The notes beneath the pieces are model-generated. The model was not told the origin of the DNA, searched no databases, and saw only the letters and a program-made list of their open reading frames with translations. Below are positions 9,073 through 17,886 of a stretch of DNA of 29,066 bases, piece by piece. A program made the position numbers and the translations under genes. Location: IMG/VR virus record IMGVR_UViG_3300033407_000095, positions 1 through 29,066 of that record; one strand, given 5' to 3'. The stretch comes from a virus. Taxonomy: Duplodnaviria; Caudoviricetes. Within the stretch, counting starts at the first letter, position 1, and each line of letters opens with the position of its first letter.

Positions 9073-9760
9073 GACCGCCGCCTCGCACGTAAAGCTGGAT
9101 GCTACCGCCCTCGGTATCGGTCGCGTTGGCCGTCTTTTTGAACTTGTCGGCGTAGCCCTTGAGCTGCCCCGCCCACTCGCGCTTTCCCTTGCTGAGTGCG
9201 AGCTGCCAGGCTAGGCCGTAGACGACGGCCTTGGTGTAGCGCTTCTCGAGATCGAGCGTGTTGCCGCCCTTGACGTCGTAGCGCAGGCGCACCTGTTGGT
9301 AGCTGAACGTCAGCGCCTCGGTGGGGACCGGCCAGAAGACGAGCTTGATAGGCACGTGCCTCTCGATAAACACGTGGCTAGGGGTGCCCTCGGTGTCCTT
9401 GGTCAGGATGCGCGTCTGGTACTCGTGGCGGCTCAGCGACCGAACCAGCGTCTCGCTGCCCCCCGAGGGCGCGACGGTGCCGACCATGTTGTCGCCGCCC
9501 ACCACGACGTCCATGGCCGTCGCGGCCAGCGTGTAGGTGTTTGTGGAGGCCAGCAGCGCCTGCGTCTCGCGCAATACCGTCTTGAGGATGAGGCCATCGT
9601 TCTGCCAGTCGTCGAGCTCCATTCCCAGGATGTCGCTGGCCATGGCCTGGTCATCGCCGGAGAGCACATGGCCTCCGTCGTAGACGCCCGCCAGGTTGAA
9701 CGCCCGGAGGATGATCTTCTCCCGGTCGAGCTCGAACGTGGAAGTGCCGCTCACCGCCAT
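9065..9760 (-). CDS. Head-tail adaptor / tail tubular protein, P22 gp4-like, 231 aa
   Basis: N-terminus MAVSGTSTFELDREKIILRAFNLAGV, GTPSHVF and FWPVP motifs, C-terminal AVVYGLAWQLA helix typical of podovirus adaptors. Confidence 0.8.
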   Translation of the reverse strand: MAVSGTSTFELDREKIILRAFNLAGVYDGGHVLSGDDQAMASDILGMELDDWQNDGLILKTVLRETQALLASTNTYTLAATAMDVVVGGDNMVGTVAPSGGSETLVRSLSRHEYQTRILTKDTEGTPSHVFIERHVPIKLVFWPVPTEALTFSYQQVRLRYDVKGGNTLDLEKRYTKAVVYGLAWQLALSKGKREWAGQLKGYADKFKKTANATDTEGGSIQLYVRGGGHG

Positions 9761-9761
9761 G

Positions 9762-9995
9762 TCACCACTCCTCCACCACGGGAGATGGCTGCGGCGCGTG
9801 CTCGGCGCCCTCGGCGTTCAGGCGCGCGAGTGTCACCTCGTCGCGGCCGTCCTGGTCGTCGGGGCACGCCAGGCGCCCGGCGGCATCGCGGATGCAATCG
9901 CTCCTCATCCACGTGAGCCCACAATAGGCGCACTCCACCCTCCGCTCGCCGGCTGGCGCGGGACCCAGGTAGCGGCGGGGGATCGAAAGGCTCAT
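9762..9995 (-). CDS. Small CxxC protein of the virion module, 77 aa
   Basis: ATG 9995 in ATGA overlap; CAYCG...LACPDD motif; similar small Cys proteins occur beside adaptor genes in podovirus head-tail modules. Confidence 0.7.
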   Translation of the reverse strand: MSLSIPRRYLGPAPAGERRVECAYCGLTWMRSDCIRDAAGRLACPDDQDGRDEVTLARLNAEGAEHAPQPSPVVEEW

Positions 9996-10804
9996 GATGC
10001 CCAAACCAATCGCGCAGAGCCCGACGTGTTACCGGGGTGGAAGTAGCCGACGGTGCCCGTGGCGAGCGTGACGTCCGAGTCGTTGAGCAGGTGCACGTTG
10101 AGTGCTCGCAGGCGCGTGACGGCTGCCGCGCCGTTGACCGCATAGGGGTGCGCCCACCCGGTGTCTCCGCCGTCGAGAGTCACGCTCTTGAGGCGCAGGT
10201 CGCTCATCGCGTTGGTGACCTTGATTGCCGAGTCGGGCTGGGCCGTGACCAGCGACGCAGTGCTGACGAACATGGTCTCCTCGATTCGAGCCTGTCCCGC
10301 GCCGGTGATGTACTCCACGCTGGGGCCGTCGTCGTTGGCCCCGCACTCGAAGTAGCAGTTGTAGATCTCGGTGTCCGCGGAGGCGATGCGCACGCGACCG
10401 TTGGTGGACGACGTGCCGGACGCCACGAAGTACAGGTTGTCGAGCAACAGCCCCGCGCCGGTGACGTCGAAGAGCTCGTCGTCCACGTTGCGCGTGAACT
10501 TCGGCCGGTTTGAACCTGTGCCCTCGCCGACGATAGACAGGCCCGTCAGGCTGATGGTCTGCTTGGCCGTGAGCGTCTCCTGGTGGTTGGCGAACACCGA
10601 GATCACGCCGTTGTTGCTCGAGTTGGTGATCGCCTGGGCCAGAGTGGCCACGGGCTTGACTCGCTCGAGTCCCGTGTAGGAGTCGTCGCCCGTGTCGCTG
10701 TCGAGGTACACCACGGACCCCGACATGATGAGCGGCGAGACGGTGGCTAGATCCGCCCCGGACGCCCCGCCCGCTCCTCCGCTGTAGGTATTGGGCGAGG
10801 CCAT
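9992..10804 (-). CDS. Beta-helix (pectin-lyase-like) protein, 270 aa, putative virion fibre/decoration
   Basis: YLDSDTGDDSYTG...KPVATLAQAI cap and IVGEGTGSNRPKFT motif; RBS GAGGAG upstream. Confidence 0.7.
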   Translation of the reverse strand: MASPNTYSGGAGGASGADLATVSPLIMSGSVVYLDSDTGDDSYTGLERVKPVATLAQAITNSSNNGVISVFANHQETLTAKQTISLTGLSIVGEGTGSNRPKFTRNVDDELFDVTGAGLLLDNLYFVASGTSSTNGRVRIASADTEIYNCYFECGANDDGPSVEYITGAGQARIEETMFVSTASLVTAQPDSAIKVTNAMSDLRLKSVTLDGGDTGWAHPYAVNGAAAVTRLRALNVHLLNDSDVTLATGTVGYFHPGNTSGSARLVWAS

Positions 10805-10820
10805 CTAGGGCCCTCCTCGG

Positions 10821-11780
10821 TTAGCTGTCCGCCGCCGGGCAGAGAATCGCCGAGGCGCCGTCTGCGGTCGTGCAGTAGTTGAGCCCGAACTTGTAGGTGG
10901 TGGTGAAGGTTGCGAACGCCAGCGACGCCGGGCCGGTGCCTGTGTCGTTGACGTAGTAGCGGTTGCCGTCGACGATACCCGTGCTGGTCGCGTGGGGGTC
11001 GATGACGAACTTGCTGGCCGCCTTCTTGTTCTCCAGTTGGTTGCCGATGATGTCGTTCTCCAGCAACGCCGCGTTGTCGAGGTCGAACAGGACGCCCGTC
11101 GCGGCCGTAGCCACCGCCGCCGTGACCTCGTTGTTGCGGATCTTCAGGCGGTCGACAGCGCCTGCCGTGGTGACCACCGAGGTGATCTCCGCCAAGAGCG
11201 CACCGTAGATGTAGTTGTCCTCGATCACGCAGTCATCGGCCGCTGCCGACAACGTCATGAAGTCGGTGCAGAGCTGGTCGGCGTCGATGCCCACCTCGGC
11301 TTCGTTGCCGATGAACTGGAATCCCGCGGCCGTCACGGGGAAGGCCACGGCCACGGTGATCGCCGTGGTTCCGGTGGGTCCCGCTGCCTTGAAAATGCAG
11401 TTCTGAATCAGCACGTTGGCCACGTTGATGAGCACGGTCGACGTCGCGGCCGAGAACGTGAACGTCGGCCGCATGGTGCCGTAACCACGCCCGATGATGC
11501 GCGTGCCGGCTACGAGATTCGACCACGCGTCCGCCGACGCCACGTTCTCGGTGTGGCCTTCGAGCACGATCACGGTGTCGCCCCGGCCCGAGCGGCACTT
11601 GGCGAGCGCAGCGTTGATCGTGGTATCGATACGGGCCGCGAGCTCCGGCGGGTCGTAGTCCGCCGCGCCCGTCGATCGGACGTAGTGGACGTTGGCGCCG
11701 CCGGGCACCATGGTCACTGGCCCCAGGTGGACGCCCACCGGGAAGGCCGTGTAGGGGAGGTGTGCGTTGGCGTTGAACAT
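10821..11780 (-). CDS. Beta-helix (pectin-lyase-like) protein, 319 aa, putative virion fibre/decoration
   Basis: TTINAALAKCRSGRGDTVIVLEGH cap; Asn-ladder rungs IQNCIF, FIGNEA, IEDNYI, IRNNEV, IIGNQL, VDGNRY; RBS GAGGGG. Confidence 0.75.
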   Translation of the reverse strand: MFNANAHLPYTAFPVGVHLGPVTMVPGGANVHYVRSTGAADYDPPELAARIDTTINAALAKCRSGRGDTVIVLEGHTENVASADAWSNLVAGTRIIGRGYGTMRPTFTFSAATSTVLINVANVLIQNCIFKAAGPTGTTAITVAVAFPVTAAGFQFIGNEAEVGIDADQLCTDFMTLSAAADDCVIEDNYIYGALLAEITSVVTTAGAVDRLKIRNNEVTAAVATAATGVLFDLDNAALLENDIIGNQLENKKAASKFVIDPHATSTGIVDGNRYYVNDTGTGPASLAFATFTTTYKFGLNYCTTADGASAILCPAADS

Positions 11781-11789
11781 GGTCCCCTC

Positions 11790-12701
11790 TTACGCGTTGC
11801 TGAAGTAGAAGCCCCGGGCGTTGCTCCAGCCGCGCGCCCACCTGGCGCTCGACCCGTGCTTGATGACCTCGGTGGCCTCCTCGTACCAGGTGCGGCTCTT
11901 CGGCTTGCGCTTCCACTTCAGCTTCAGGCCGTCGTCGGCGTCGGTGATGGCGCCCCAGTTGGTGTCGCTGGCGTCCCAGAACGGCACCATGATTGGTTCG
12001 AAGCCCATGCCGTTGACCACGTTGGTCTCGTTGTTGCCCGATTCGGGCACCTTCTCGCTGCCGAGGATGCCCTTCCACACGCCCCACTGGGTGTATGGGT
12101 GGACGATCTTCTTGACCTTGTAGCCCTCACGCAGGCCATCGTGGCCGGGCAGGATGCTGACATTCTGGACCACGGTGATCAGCGCGATCCGCGACGGGCT
12201 GGCCGGGGTGGCCAGCGTGTTGCTGAACGTGCCGCCGCCCGGGATCGTATGGCTGGCGCTGGCGAGAGACACGCCGTCGCCGCCCACGTACGCCGAGTTG
12301 GCGGCGCGATTGAGGATGTTCGCGCAGTCTTGCTCCAGCGTCTTGAAGATCGCACGCTTCATCCGCCGCGAGATCTTCAGGTAACGGTCGTTGTACTTGC
12401 CGTCCTCATCCAGCTCCTCGGTGATCTCCATGATGAGCCCGAATTTGCGAGACCAGTAGCGCGTCTGTGCCCCCTCGTAGAGAGTCATGACGTCAAGCGC
12501 CTGTCCCTCGTTCCGCTCCGTGGCCAACCCGGGGCCGCCGACTTCGAGGTCGTCGACGTAGGCGTCCGGCATGGTCTCGCTTATCATGAACTTCTTGCAC
12601 ACCAAGCTGCTCTCGACGGAGTCAGAATTGTCGGTGATGACGCTGTCGATCGTCGCCTTGAGCGTGCGATATGCGGTGCTGGTCGTGATTGTCGTCGACA
12701 T
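11790..12701 (-). CDS. Major capsid protein, Mu gpT-like family, 303 aa
   Basis: Motifs NEGQAL, KFGLIMEITEELDEDGKY, GGDGVSLASASH and C-terminal RWARGWSNARGFY; position after scaffold and cement genes. Confidence 0.9.
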   Translation of the reverse strand: MSTTITTSTAYRTLKATIDSVITDNSDSVESSLVCKKFMISETMPDAYVDDLEVGGPGLATERNEGQALDVMTLYEGAQTRYWSRKFGLIMEITEELDEDGKYNDRYLKISRRMKRAIFKTLEQDCANILNRAANSAYVGGDGVSLASASHTIPGGGTFSNTLATPASPSRIALITVVQNVSILPGHDGLREGYKVKKIVHPYTQWGVWKGILGSEKVPESGNNETNVVNGMGFEPIMVPFWDASDTNWGAITDADDGLKLKWKRKPKSRTWYEEATEVIKHGSSARWARGWSNARGFYFSNA

Positions 12702-12704
12702 GGC

Positions 12705-13307
12705 TTAGGTCCCCAGGATGGCGCCCGACCCAACGTCTTGGACCAGGTTGAATTTGCAACGAACCTTGACCCGCGCGGCCGCCAGGTCCTGCATGTCCCG
12801 ATTCGGGATGGAGTCGATGCGCACGCTGAAGGTGTTGGTGGTCGCGTGGCCGCTGATGTCCAGCGTGACGCCCGAGTGGTCACCCACCGCGGTGCCGGTC
12901 TGCCACTCGACGTTTTCACCGACGATGGCTAGCCAGTCCGACCACGCCCCGCCGGTCAGTGCGGTATCGGCGTCGCAGTCGAACAGCTGGTCGCGCACCG
13001 GGATGATCCGCGCCAGCGTCTGCCGGGCGAAGTTGGTGTCGTAGGAGGTATCCGCTGGAATCTTGCCCCCCTTCCGAATCACGTCGCCGTCGAAGTACTG
13101 CTCGGCCCCGGCGAAGATGCCAAAGACGTCATCTCCCGGGTCGGCGTCCTCGATGTAGCCGGTGGAGATGAGTTTGACGGGGTCGCCGATGCTCAACTGC
13201 ACGGCGAAGTCGTCGGCTACGGGTCGAATGACGATGGGTGGCTCTGCCACGCTGGGGGCAACGGCGTTGCCCACCCAGCGAAAGCCACCGAGAGCACGGT
13301 TAGCCAT
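12705..13307 (-). CDS. Probable capsid cement/decoration protein, 200 aa
   Basis: Start moved to ATG 13307 (MANRALGGFRW) with RBS GGAGG; LSIGDPVKL and GIFAGAEQY motifs; immediately upstream of the MCP. Confidence 0.7.
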   Translation of the reverse strand: MANRALGGFRWVGNAVAPSVAEPPIVIRPVADDFAVQLSIGDPVKLISTGYIEDADPGDDVFGIFAGAEQYFDGDVIRKGGKIPADTSYDTNFARQTLARIIPVRDQLFDCDADTALTGGAWSDWLAIVGENVEWQTGTAVGDHSGVTLDISGHATTNTFSVRIDSIPNRDMQDLAAARVKVRCKFNLVQDVGSGAILGT

Positions 13308-13737
13308 GGTCTGCCTCCTGCGTCTGGCGCCGCGCGAACGGCGCGCTTTCCTTCGGGTCCACGGCCACGCTGAATCCCTGGCCGCGCATGGGGTCGTCGT
13401 AGTTGCCGGTCTTGAAAATCCGTTGCTCGAAGACGTCGACCTTGGCCTGGCCGCTGCGCCAGTCTTCCAAGTGCTCGCTGAGTGGCCGGGACATGAGAAC
13501 CATGCCGCCCTGGCCAATCTCGCCGCCTTCGCTCTTGCTGCGCATGCGGGTGCGCGGGCCGTCCGCCCGCTGCATCTCCGTTTCCCAGCCCATGGCCTCG
13601 TACATCGGCCGGCCGGTCATCTCGTCGTTGGGGTTGACCCAACAATAGGCGCGCTCTTCGCTCTTGTTCTCAACCTCCAGCCACGGTCGACGGCCATCTG
13701 CCGGCGTACTGGGCGGGTCGTGTCGTTTTCGTGCCAC
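13300..13737 (-). CDS. Hypothetical head-module protein, 145 aa
   Basis: GTG start with GGAG 8 nt upstream; YCWVN...GWE...MVLMSRP pattern; lies between scaffold and cement genes. Confidence 0.75.
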   Translation of the reverse strand: MARKRHDPPSTPADGRRPWLEVENKSEERAYCWVNPNDEMTGRPMYEAMGWETEMQRADGPRTRMRSKSEGGEIGQGGMVLMSRPLSEHLEDWRSGQAKVDVFEQRIFKTGNYDDPMRGQGFSVAVDPKESAPFARRQTQEADHG

Positions 13738-13931
13738 TCGCGGATCTCCAGTGCGAGGGCCGGCTCCGAATGGAGCACTGGCCTCTAGTCGCCAGATTTG
13801 CCGCGATCCGCGCGTCCCTCGGCGGTATCAGGGACGGGACAACTGGGCCGGAGGTTTTTCGCTCGCTGCGGGCCGAGCGCGCCGCACTCCGATGGGCGCA
13901 AGTTAAGCGTGTAGCGACTCGATTGTGTTTG
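13738..13931 (-). promoter_or_regulatory. Structured non-coding leader, possibly with an internal promoter, upstream of the capsid genes
   Basis: The only long intergenic gap in the virion module; perfect inverted repeats 13739-46/13805-12, 13748-54/13775-81, 13813-19/13830-36, 13860-65/13874-79; minus-strand TTGACA at 13935-13930 with only a weak -10. Confidence 0.5.
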
Positions 13932-14861
13932 TCAACCTCTTTTTATCAATCCGGCCGGTACAGCCACTTCCTTGGCCCACCGGCGGAACCGCTGCTCGTC
14001 CGACAGATCCGGCAGGTGCTGAGTGTAGGCGCGGGCCGCGCTCAGCTCCTGCTTGGTGGGCGTGTAGTGGCTGCCCGTGCCGCCTGCGCCGCCGCGACTG
14101 GGAACCGCCGACAGCTTGGCCTTCTGGCCGTTGGTGGCCGGCGGTGCCTCCCCCTGGCGCCAGCCCTTCTCGGCTATCACGCGCTTGCACGCCTCGCGCG
14201 CGGCGATGAACGGGTCGATGCCCGGGCGTTGTTCTATGATTTCCGTGGTCTTGGCAAGTACGGTCTGCTGTCGAGATGCCGAGGCAAACACCTCGGGGAA
14301 CTCGCCCTGCAGGATCTGCCGCTGGACGTTCTGCGCAGGGGGCGCGCCCTGTGGAGCCACGCCCATCTCGCGGATGCGGGCGTCGATCATGACTTGGGAC
14401 TTTCGCCGTTCTAACTGGTGCCACGTCCCCTGTAGGTGCTGTACCTGCTGGTCGTTCAGCTTCGCGCCCGACGCCAGGGCCAGCGTAATGGCGTCCTGCT
14501 GGGCCTGCATGCTGTCGATCTCGGACGCCAGAGGGTCGCCTTGCTGGACGGGGGGCGGGGCCGCCGCGGGGGTCGGGACGTAGGCCGGCTGCCGGCGGGC
14601 CTCCGAGAGCTGGCGCTCGAGGTCCTGCGCGCGCTGTCGCTCGCTCGCCAGCTCGTCCTTGAGCGCCCGGCGCTCGGCGCGGCGGCCGCGGCGCCCATCG
14701 TCCGCGACCGGCGGCTTCCCTTGCCCCTCGTCGTCCTCCAGGTCGGACAGGTCCACCCCTTGGCGGCTGATGTCCGGCGGTTGCCCCTCTGCCCCTGGCT
14801 CCCCTCCCGTAGGCGGCGCGCCGTCCTGATTCTCTACTTCGAGCTCGCTTGCGTCGGCCAT
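13932..14861 (-). CDS. Probable capsid scaffolding protein, 309 aa
   Basis: Acidic disordered N-terminus, central coiled coil, C-terminal helix-turn-helix-like end (TKQELSAAR...LSDEQRFRRWAKE); synteny. Confidence 0.75.
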   Translation of the reverse strand: MADASELEVENQDGAPPTGGEPGAEGQPPDISRQGVDLSDLEDDEGQGKPPVADDGRRGRRAERRALKDELASERQRAQDLERQLSEARRQPAYVPTPAAAPPPVQQGDPLASEIDSMQAQQDAITLALASGAKLNDQQVQHLQGTWHQLERRKSQVMIDARIREMGVAPQGAPPAQNVQRQILQGEFPEVFASASRQQTVLAKTTEIIEQRPGIDPFIAAREACKRVIAEKGWRQGEAPPATNGQKAKLSAVPSRGGAGGTGSHYTPTKQELSAARAYTQHLPDLSDEQRFRRWAKEVAVPAGLIKRG

Positions 14862-14864
14862 GGG

Positions 14865-15383
14865 TCAGATTCCTTCGTCGTGGGTGGGGGGCAAAATGCG
14901 GGGGCGGTCGTCGATCGCGTGAACTCCGTGGGCGTCGCGAACGATGGACATGCGGCCGTCCATGAACGCCTGTTCCAGGTCCTCGCTGCCGATCACCTCG
15001 CTCGCGCGCAGGGTGAGCACGCGCTGGATGCCGATGGGGGTGGCGTACGCGCGTTCCCAGGGCGAGAGCCTGGTGGTGATGACGACGTGGCCGAGCTCGA
15101 TACCCGCCGAGTAGAGCTCATCCCATGCCCGGGGGCCGGCCTTGAGCAACACGCCCCGCTGGCTCCCGAATTTTTCTTTGGCCGCCTGGGGGACGAAGAT
15201 CTCGCCGATCTTCTCCATCTGGTCCTTGTCGTCCAGCGGCCAGACCATGATGCGGTCGAACGCCAATGCGACCTCGGGCATGATGATCCGGTACTTCTCC
15301 AGCCGCTCTCGCAGCAACGGCGGGAACATGTCCACGGCCACCGTGGTGGCTACGCCCGCGGGGGCGGTTGTCGTTTCGCTCAT
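14865..15383 (-). CDS. GroES/Cpn10-like co-chaperonin, 172 aa
   Basis: FDRIMVWP, mobile-loop-like KIGEIFVP, GVLLKAGP, IELGHVV and LRASEVIG match the GroES pattern; N- and C-terminal extensions. Confidence 0.8.
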   Translation of the reverse strand: MSETTTAPAGVATTVAVDMFPPLLRERLEKYRIIMPEVALAFDRIMVWPLDDKDQMEKIGEIFVPQAAKEKFGSQRGVLLKAGPRAWDELYSAGIELGHVVITTRLSPWERAYATPIGIQRVLTLRASEVIGSEDLEQAFMDGRMSIVRDAHGVHAIDDRPRILPPTHDEGI

Positions 15384-15613
15384 TAGTCCTCCTTTTTTCG
15401 GTTCATGAGGCTAAGAATCAGCCCGGCCGCCTTGGCCTGGCCTGCCAACACGATGGACATCGTAGAAACTTCGTTCGCCCCAAAACACAGTGCAGACAGG
15501 GCGGCCTTCTCCCACTGCCTCTCCATGTCGGCGATCTCGCGCATCATGGCCTGCGCCCAGAGCGTGTCGCGCCCGGCTTCGCGCTCGTCGTCGTCGAGCT
15601 CCTCGAGACTCAC
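15383..15613 (-). CDS. Hypothetical small helical protein between portal and GroES-like gene, 76 aa
   Basis: GTG 15613 in GTGA overlap with the portal stop; TAATG coupling downstream. Confidence 0.7.
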   Translation of the reverse strand: MSLEELDDDEREAGRDTLWAQAMMREIADMERQWEKAALSALCFGANEVSTMSIVLAGQAKAAGLILSLMNRKKED

Positions 15614-17874
15614 GACGGAGCCCCCGGAGGCGGTGGGGCCATCCCAGACGGGGGGCCACCCTCGACCCCCGGCGGTGCCATCCCGGGATCTCCTTCGGGG
15701 GGCGGCGGAGGCGCCAGAGTGGCGCCGAACTCGGGCGGCTGTCCCGGTGGCGCCGGGCCGAGCTGCTTGATCAGGTCGGGCTTGCCCCGAGCGGACAGCG
15801 CCCCCTTGATGGCCGAGTACATGAACCACGGGTTACTGGCCAGGTGTGGAATCTGGTTGGCCATGGCCAGAACCTCGTCGCTCTCGGCGATACGCTGCGC
15901 CTGGCTGGTGAACCGTACGTCGGCCGTAAAGGTGACCTTGTAGCTGCGGCGGTAGAGCGCGCGGCCCACCCGCAGGTCGGTCTGTGGTTGCCCGTCGGGT
16001 CCCAGCGTCTGCACCCGCGAGTCCATGTAGTGGTTGCCCACCCGCAAGATCTCGTCGTCGGGCATGAACACGCTGTTGAGGCGCGCGTTGTAACGGAGAA
16101 TCTGGTCAAGAAAGGACAGGAAGCGCGTGGCGGTGGCGGTGAGCTGCTTGGTGGCCTGCTCGCGCCGGGTGGCCAGGCCGCGGAACGTCTCGCCCGACTT
16201 CCCGGGCTCACCCGATAGCACGCCTGGGGCGGCCACCGCGGCGTCGGCCCATCCCGTGGCCTCGCGCATGATAGCCAGCAGGTTCGCGTCAGCCGGCCCC
16301 GCGCGCAGCTCGTGGATGGCATTTTTGATCTGCTCGCCGGTCATACCCTTGACCCGGATGATCTTCCCGGGCTCCACCGCCAAGCTCTTGCCGCCGCCTT
16401 CGAGTTGGAAATCCGAGCCCGTGAGCGCGCTCCACACGTTGCTCAACAGCGTGGCGTCGTAGAATCGATTTCCCGCCTCGTCCACCAGGCGGTTGAGGTC
16501 GCCGAGAATCTGCCCGAACGACAGGCCGAGGGCGCCACTGGGGTTGTGCCAGCAACGGCCGTGGCTGAAGCTCTCGATGGGTACGCGCTTGACCGGCTCG
16601 GGTTGGCCATCCTGCCTGTCGGCGAGCCACGCGGGCGGCACTGGTGGCTGCGGCTCGTCGGCGGTCAGCGCCTGACTGATGGCCGCGTGCTCCTCCGGCT
16701 CGATCGTCGCGCTTACTGCCGGGTCGGCGAGTTGCGCCTGGAGCTGCGCGCGCAGCGCTGACTCGTTCTCGAATCCCTGCGTGTCCTGTTGGTAGCCCTC
16801 CAGCTCCTGCACCTGGCGGTCGAAGCGCTCCCGGTCGCGCCAGTCCTCCTCATCGCGGAGGTACAGCTTGCACACGATCTTGCGCGTCTTCTCCACCACC
16901 AGGCACACGGGCTCGAGGCGCGCGCTGCCGGGCATGCGGGACCATCCGTGGTATTCGAGGAAGATGTATGGCGCGTTGGGATCGCTCTCGGGGGCCACGA
17001 TGCCCTCGCGCTTGGCTGCCAGTTCGCGGTTCCGCGTGTCGAGTACGTCCCATCCCGGCGGTGGCTGGCTGAGCACGTCCGCCAGTTGCTCCCATTTTTC
17101 ACCGTCATCGGCGGCCTGTAGCGCCTGTAGTTCGTGCCGGTACTTGCGAATCGGCCGCACCTTCCACGGCACGTCACTCATGTCGGACATGACGGTGGTC
17201 CACACGTAGGGGAAGACCAGCTCCTCACAGTTGAGGACGTCGTGCCGGTTCCGCTTGCGGGCGGCGTCGTAGTAGCTGTGACAGAAGACGCTGCCGGCGC
17301 CGAAAAACTCGCTCAGCGCGATTTCCATCTGGAATAAGAAGTCGGGGAACTCGTTCTTGAACTGCCAGTTCCCGTGCAGGGTCAACACCTCGGAGTCCAT
17401 CATGTCGTCCGGCCCGGTTGCGTCGACGGCGAAGATGGTTTCACGGTCGAGGAACAGTTCGCTGTAGACGTGGGCCGCTAGCCGCATCTGGCGTTCCAAC
17501 ATCACCGGCGTATGGACGTTCGCGCAGCCGGGAAAGGGAAACGTCTTTTTGGGCAACAGGCCCGTCAACATGCGGTAGTTGCTCCGCCGCATGGCCCGGT
17601 ACTCCTCGCTGGAGTCCCGCCCGGCATCGTAGTCGCGGCAGACCTGGTCAGCGAGGCCACCGAGGAAGCGGCGCCCAGCCTGCTGGCGCTCCTCATGCGT
17701 CAGGTCGTCCATGCCCTCCATGGGCTCCCCCGGCTCACCGTGGAGAAACCAGGCCACCATGTTGGGCGCTTCTCTCTGCTCCTCCCACCCAAGCAAAAGC
17801 TGCTCGTCGTCGAGCGGCTTATCCTGCTCCAGCGGCTTGATTTCGCTCTCTGGCTTGCCCTGTTCGTAGCTCAT
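15610..17874 (-). CDS. Portal protein, 754 aa
   Basis: Directly after TerL; KTFPFPGCANVHTP motif, GALGLSFGQIL segment and Pro-rich C-terminal tail typical of podovirus portals. Confidence 0.9.
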   Translation of the reverse strand: MSYEQGKPESEIKPLEQDKPLDDEQLLLGWEEQREAPNMVAWFLHGEPGEPMEGMDDLTHEERQQAGRRFLGGLADQVCRDYDAGRDSSEEYRAMRRSNYRMLTGLLPKKTFPFPGCANVHTPVMLERQMRLAAHVYSELFLDRETIFAVDATGPDDMMDSEVLTLHGNWQFKNEFPDFLFQMEIALSEFFGAGSVFCHSYYDAARKRNRHDVLNCEELVFPYVWTTVMSDMSDVPWKVRPIRKYRHELQALQAADDGEKWEQLADVLSQPPPGWDVLDTRNRELAAKREGIVAPESDPNAPYIFLEYHGWSRMPGSARLEPVCLVVEKTRKIVCKLYLRDEEDWRDRERFDRQVQELEGYQQDTQGFENESALRAQLQAQLADPAVSATIEPEEHAAISQALTADEPQPPVPPAWLADRQDGQPEPVKRVPIESFSHGRCWHNPSGALGLSFGQILGDLNRLVDEAGNRFYDATLLSNVWSALTGSDFQLEGGGKSLAVEPGKIIRVKGMTGEQIKNAIHELRAGPADANLLAIMREATGWADAAVAAPGVLSGEPGKSGETFRGLATRREQATKQLTATATRFLSFLDQILRYNARLNSVFMPDDEILRVGNHYMDSRVQTLGPDGQPQTDLRVGRALYRRSYKVTFTADVRFTSQAQRIAESDEVLAMANQIPHLASNPWFMYSAIKGALSARGKPDLIKQLGPAPPGQPPEFGATLAPPPPPEGDPGMAPPGVEGGPPSGMAPPPPGAPS

Positions 17875-17886
17875 GGCGTCCTGTCG

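Noticed and set aside
10992-12932. 646-aa plus-strand ORF, and other long plus-strand ORFs such as 3310-4311, 4315-5436, 14436-15386 and 18271-19512
   Set aside because: Antisense shadows of well-supported minus-strand genes; high-GC codon bias suppresses stops on the opposite strand; no motifs or RBS
13855-13879. Hairpin next to a T5 run as an intrinsic terminator
   Set aside because: The T-run is 5' of the stem on the plus strand and reads as an A-run after the stem on the coding strand, so it fits neither orientation; kept only as part of the structured leader
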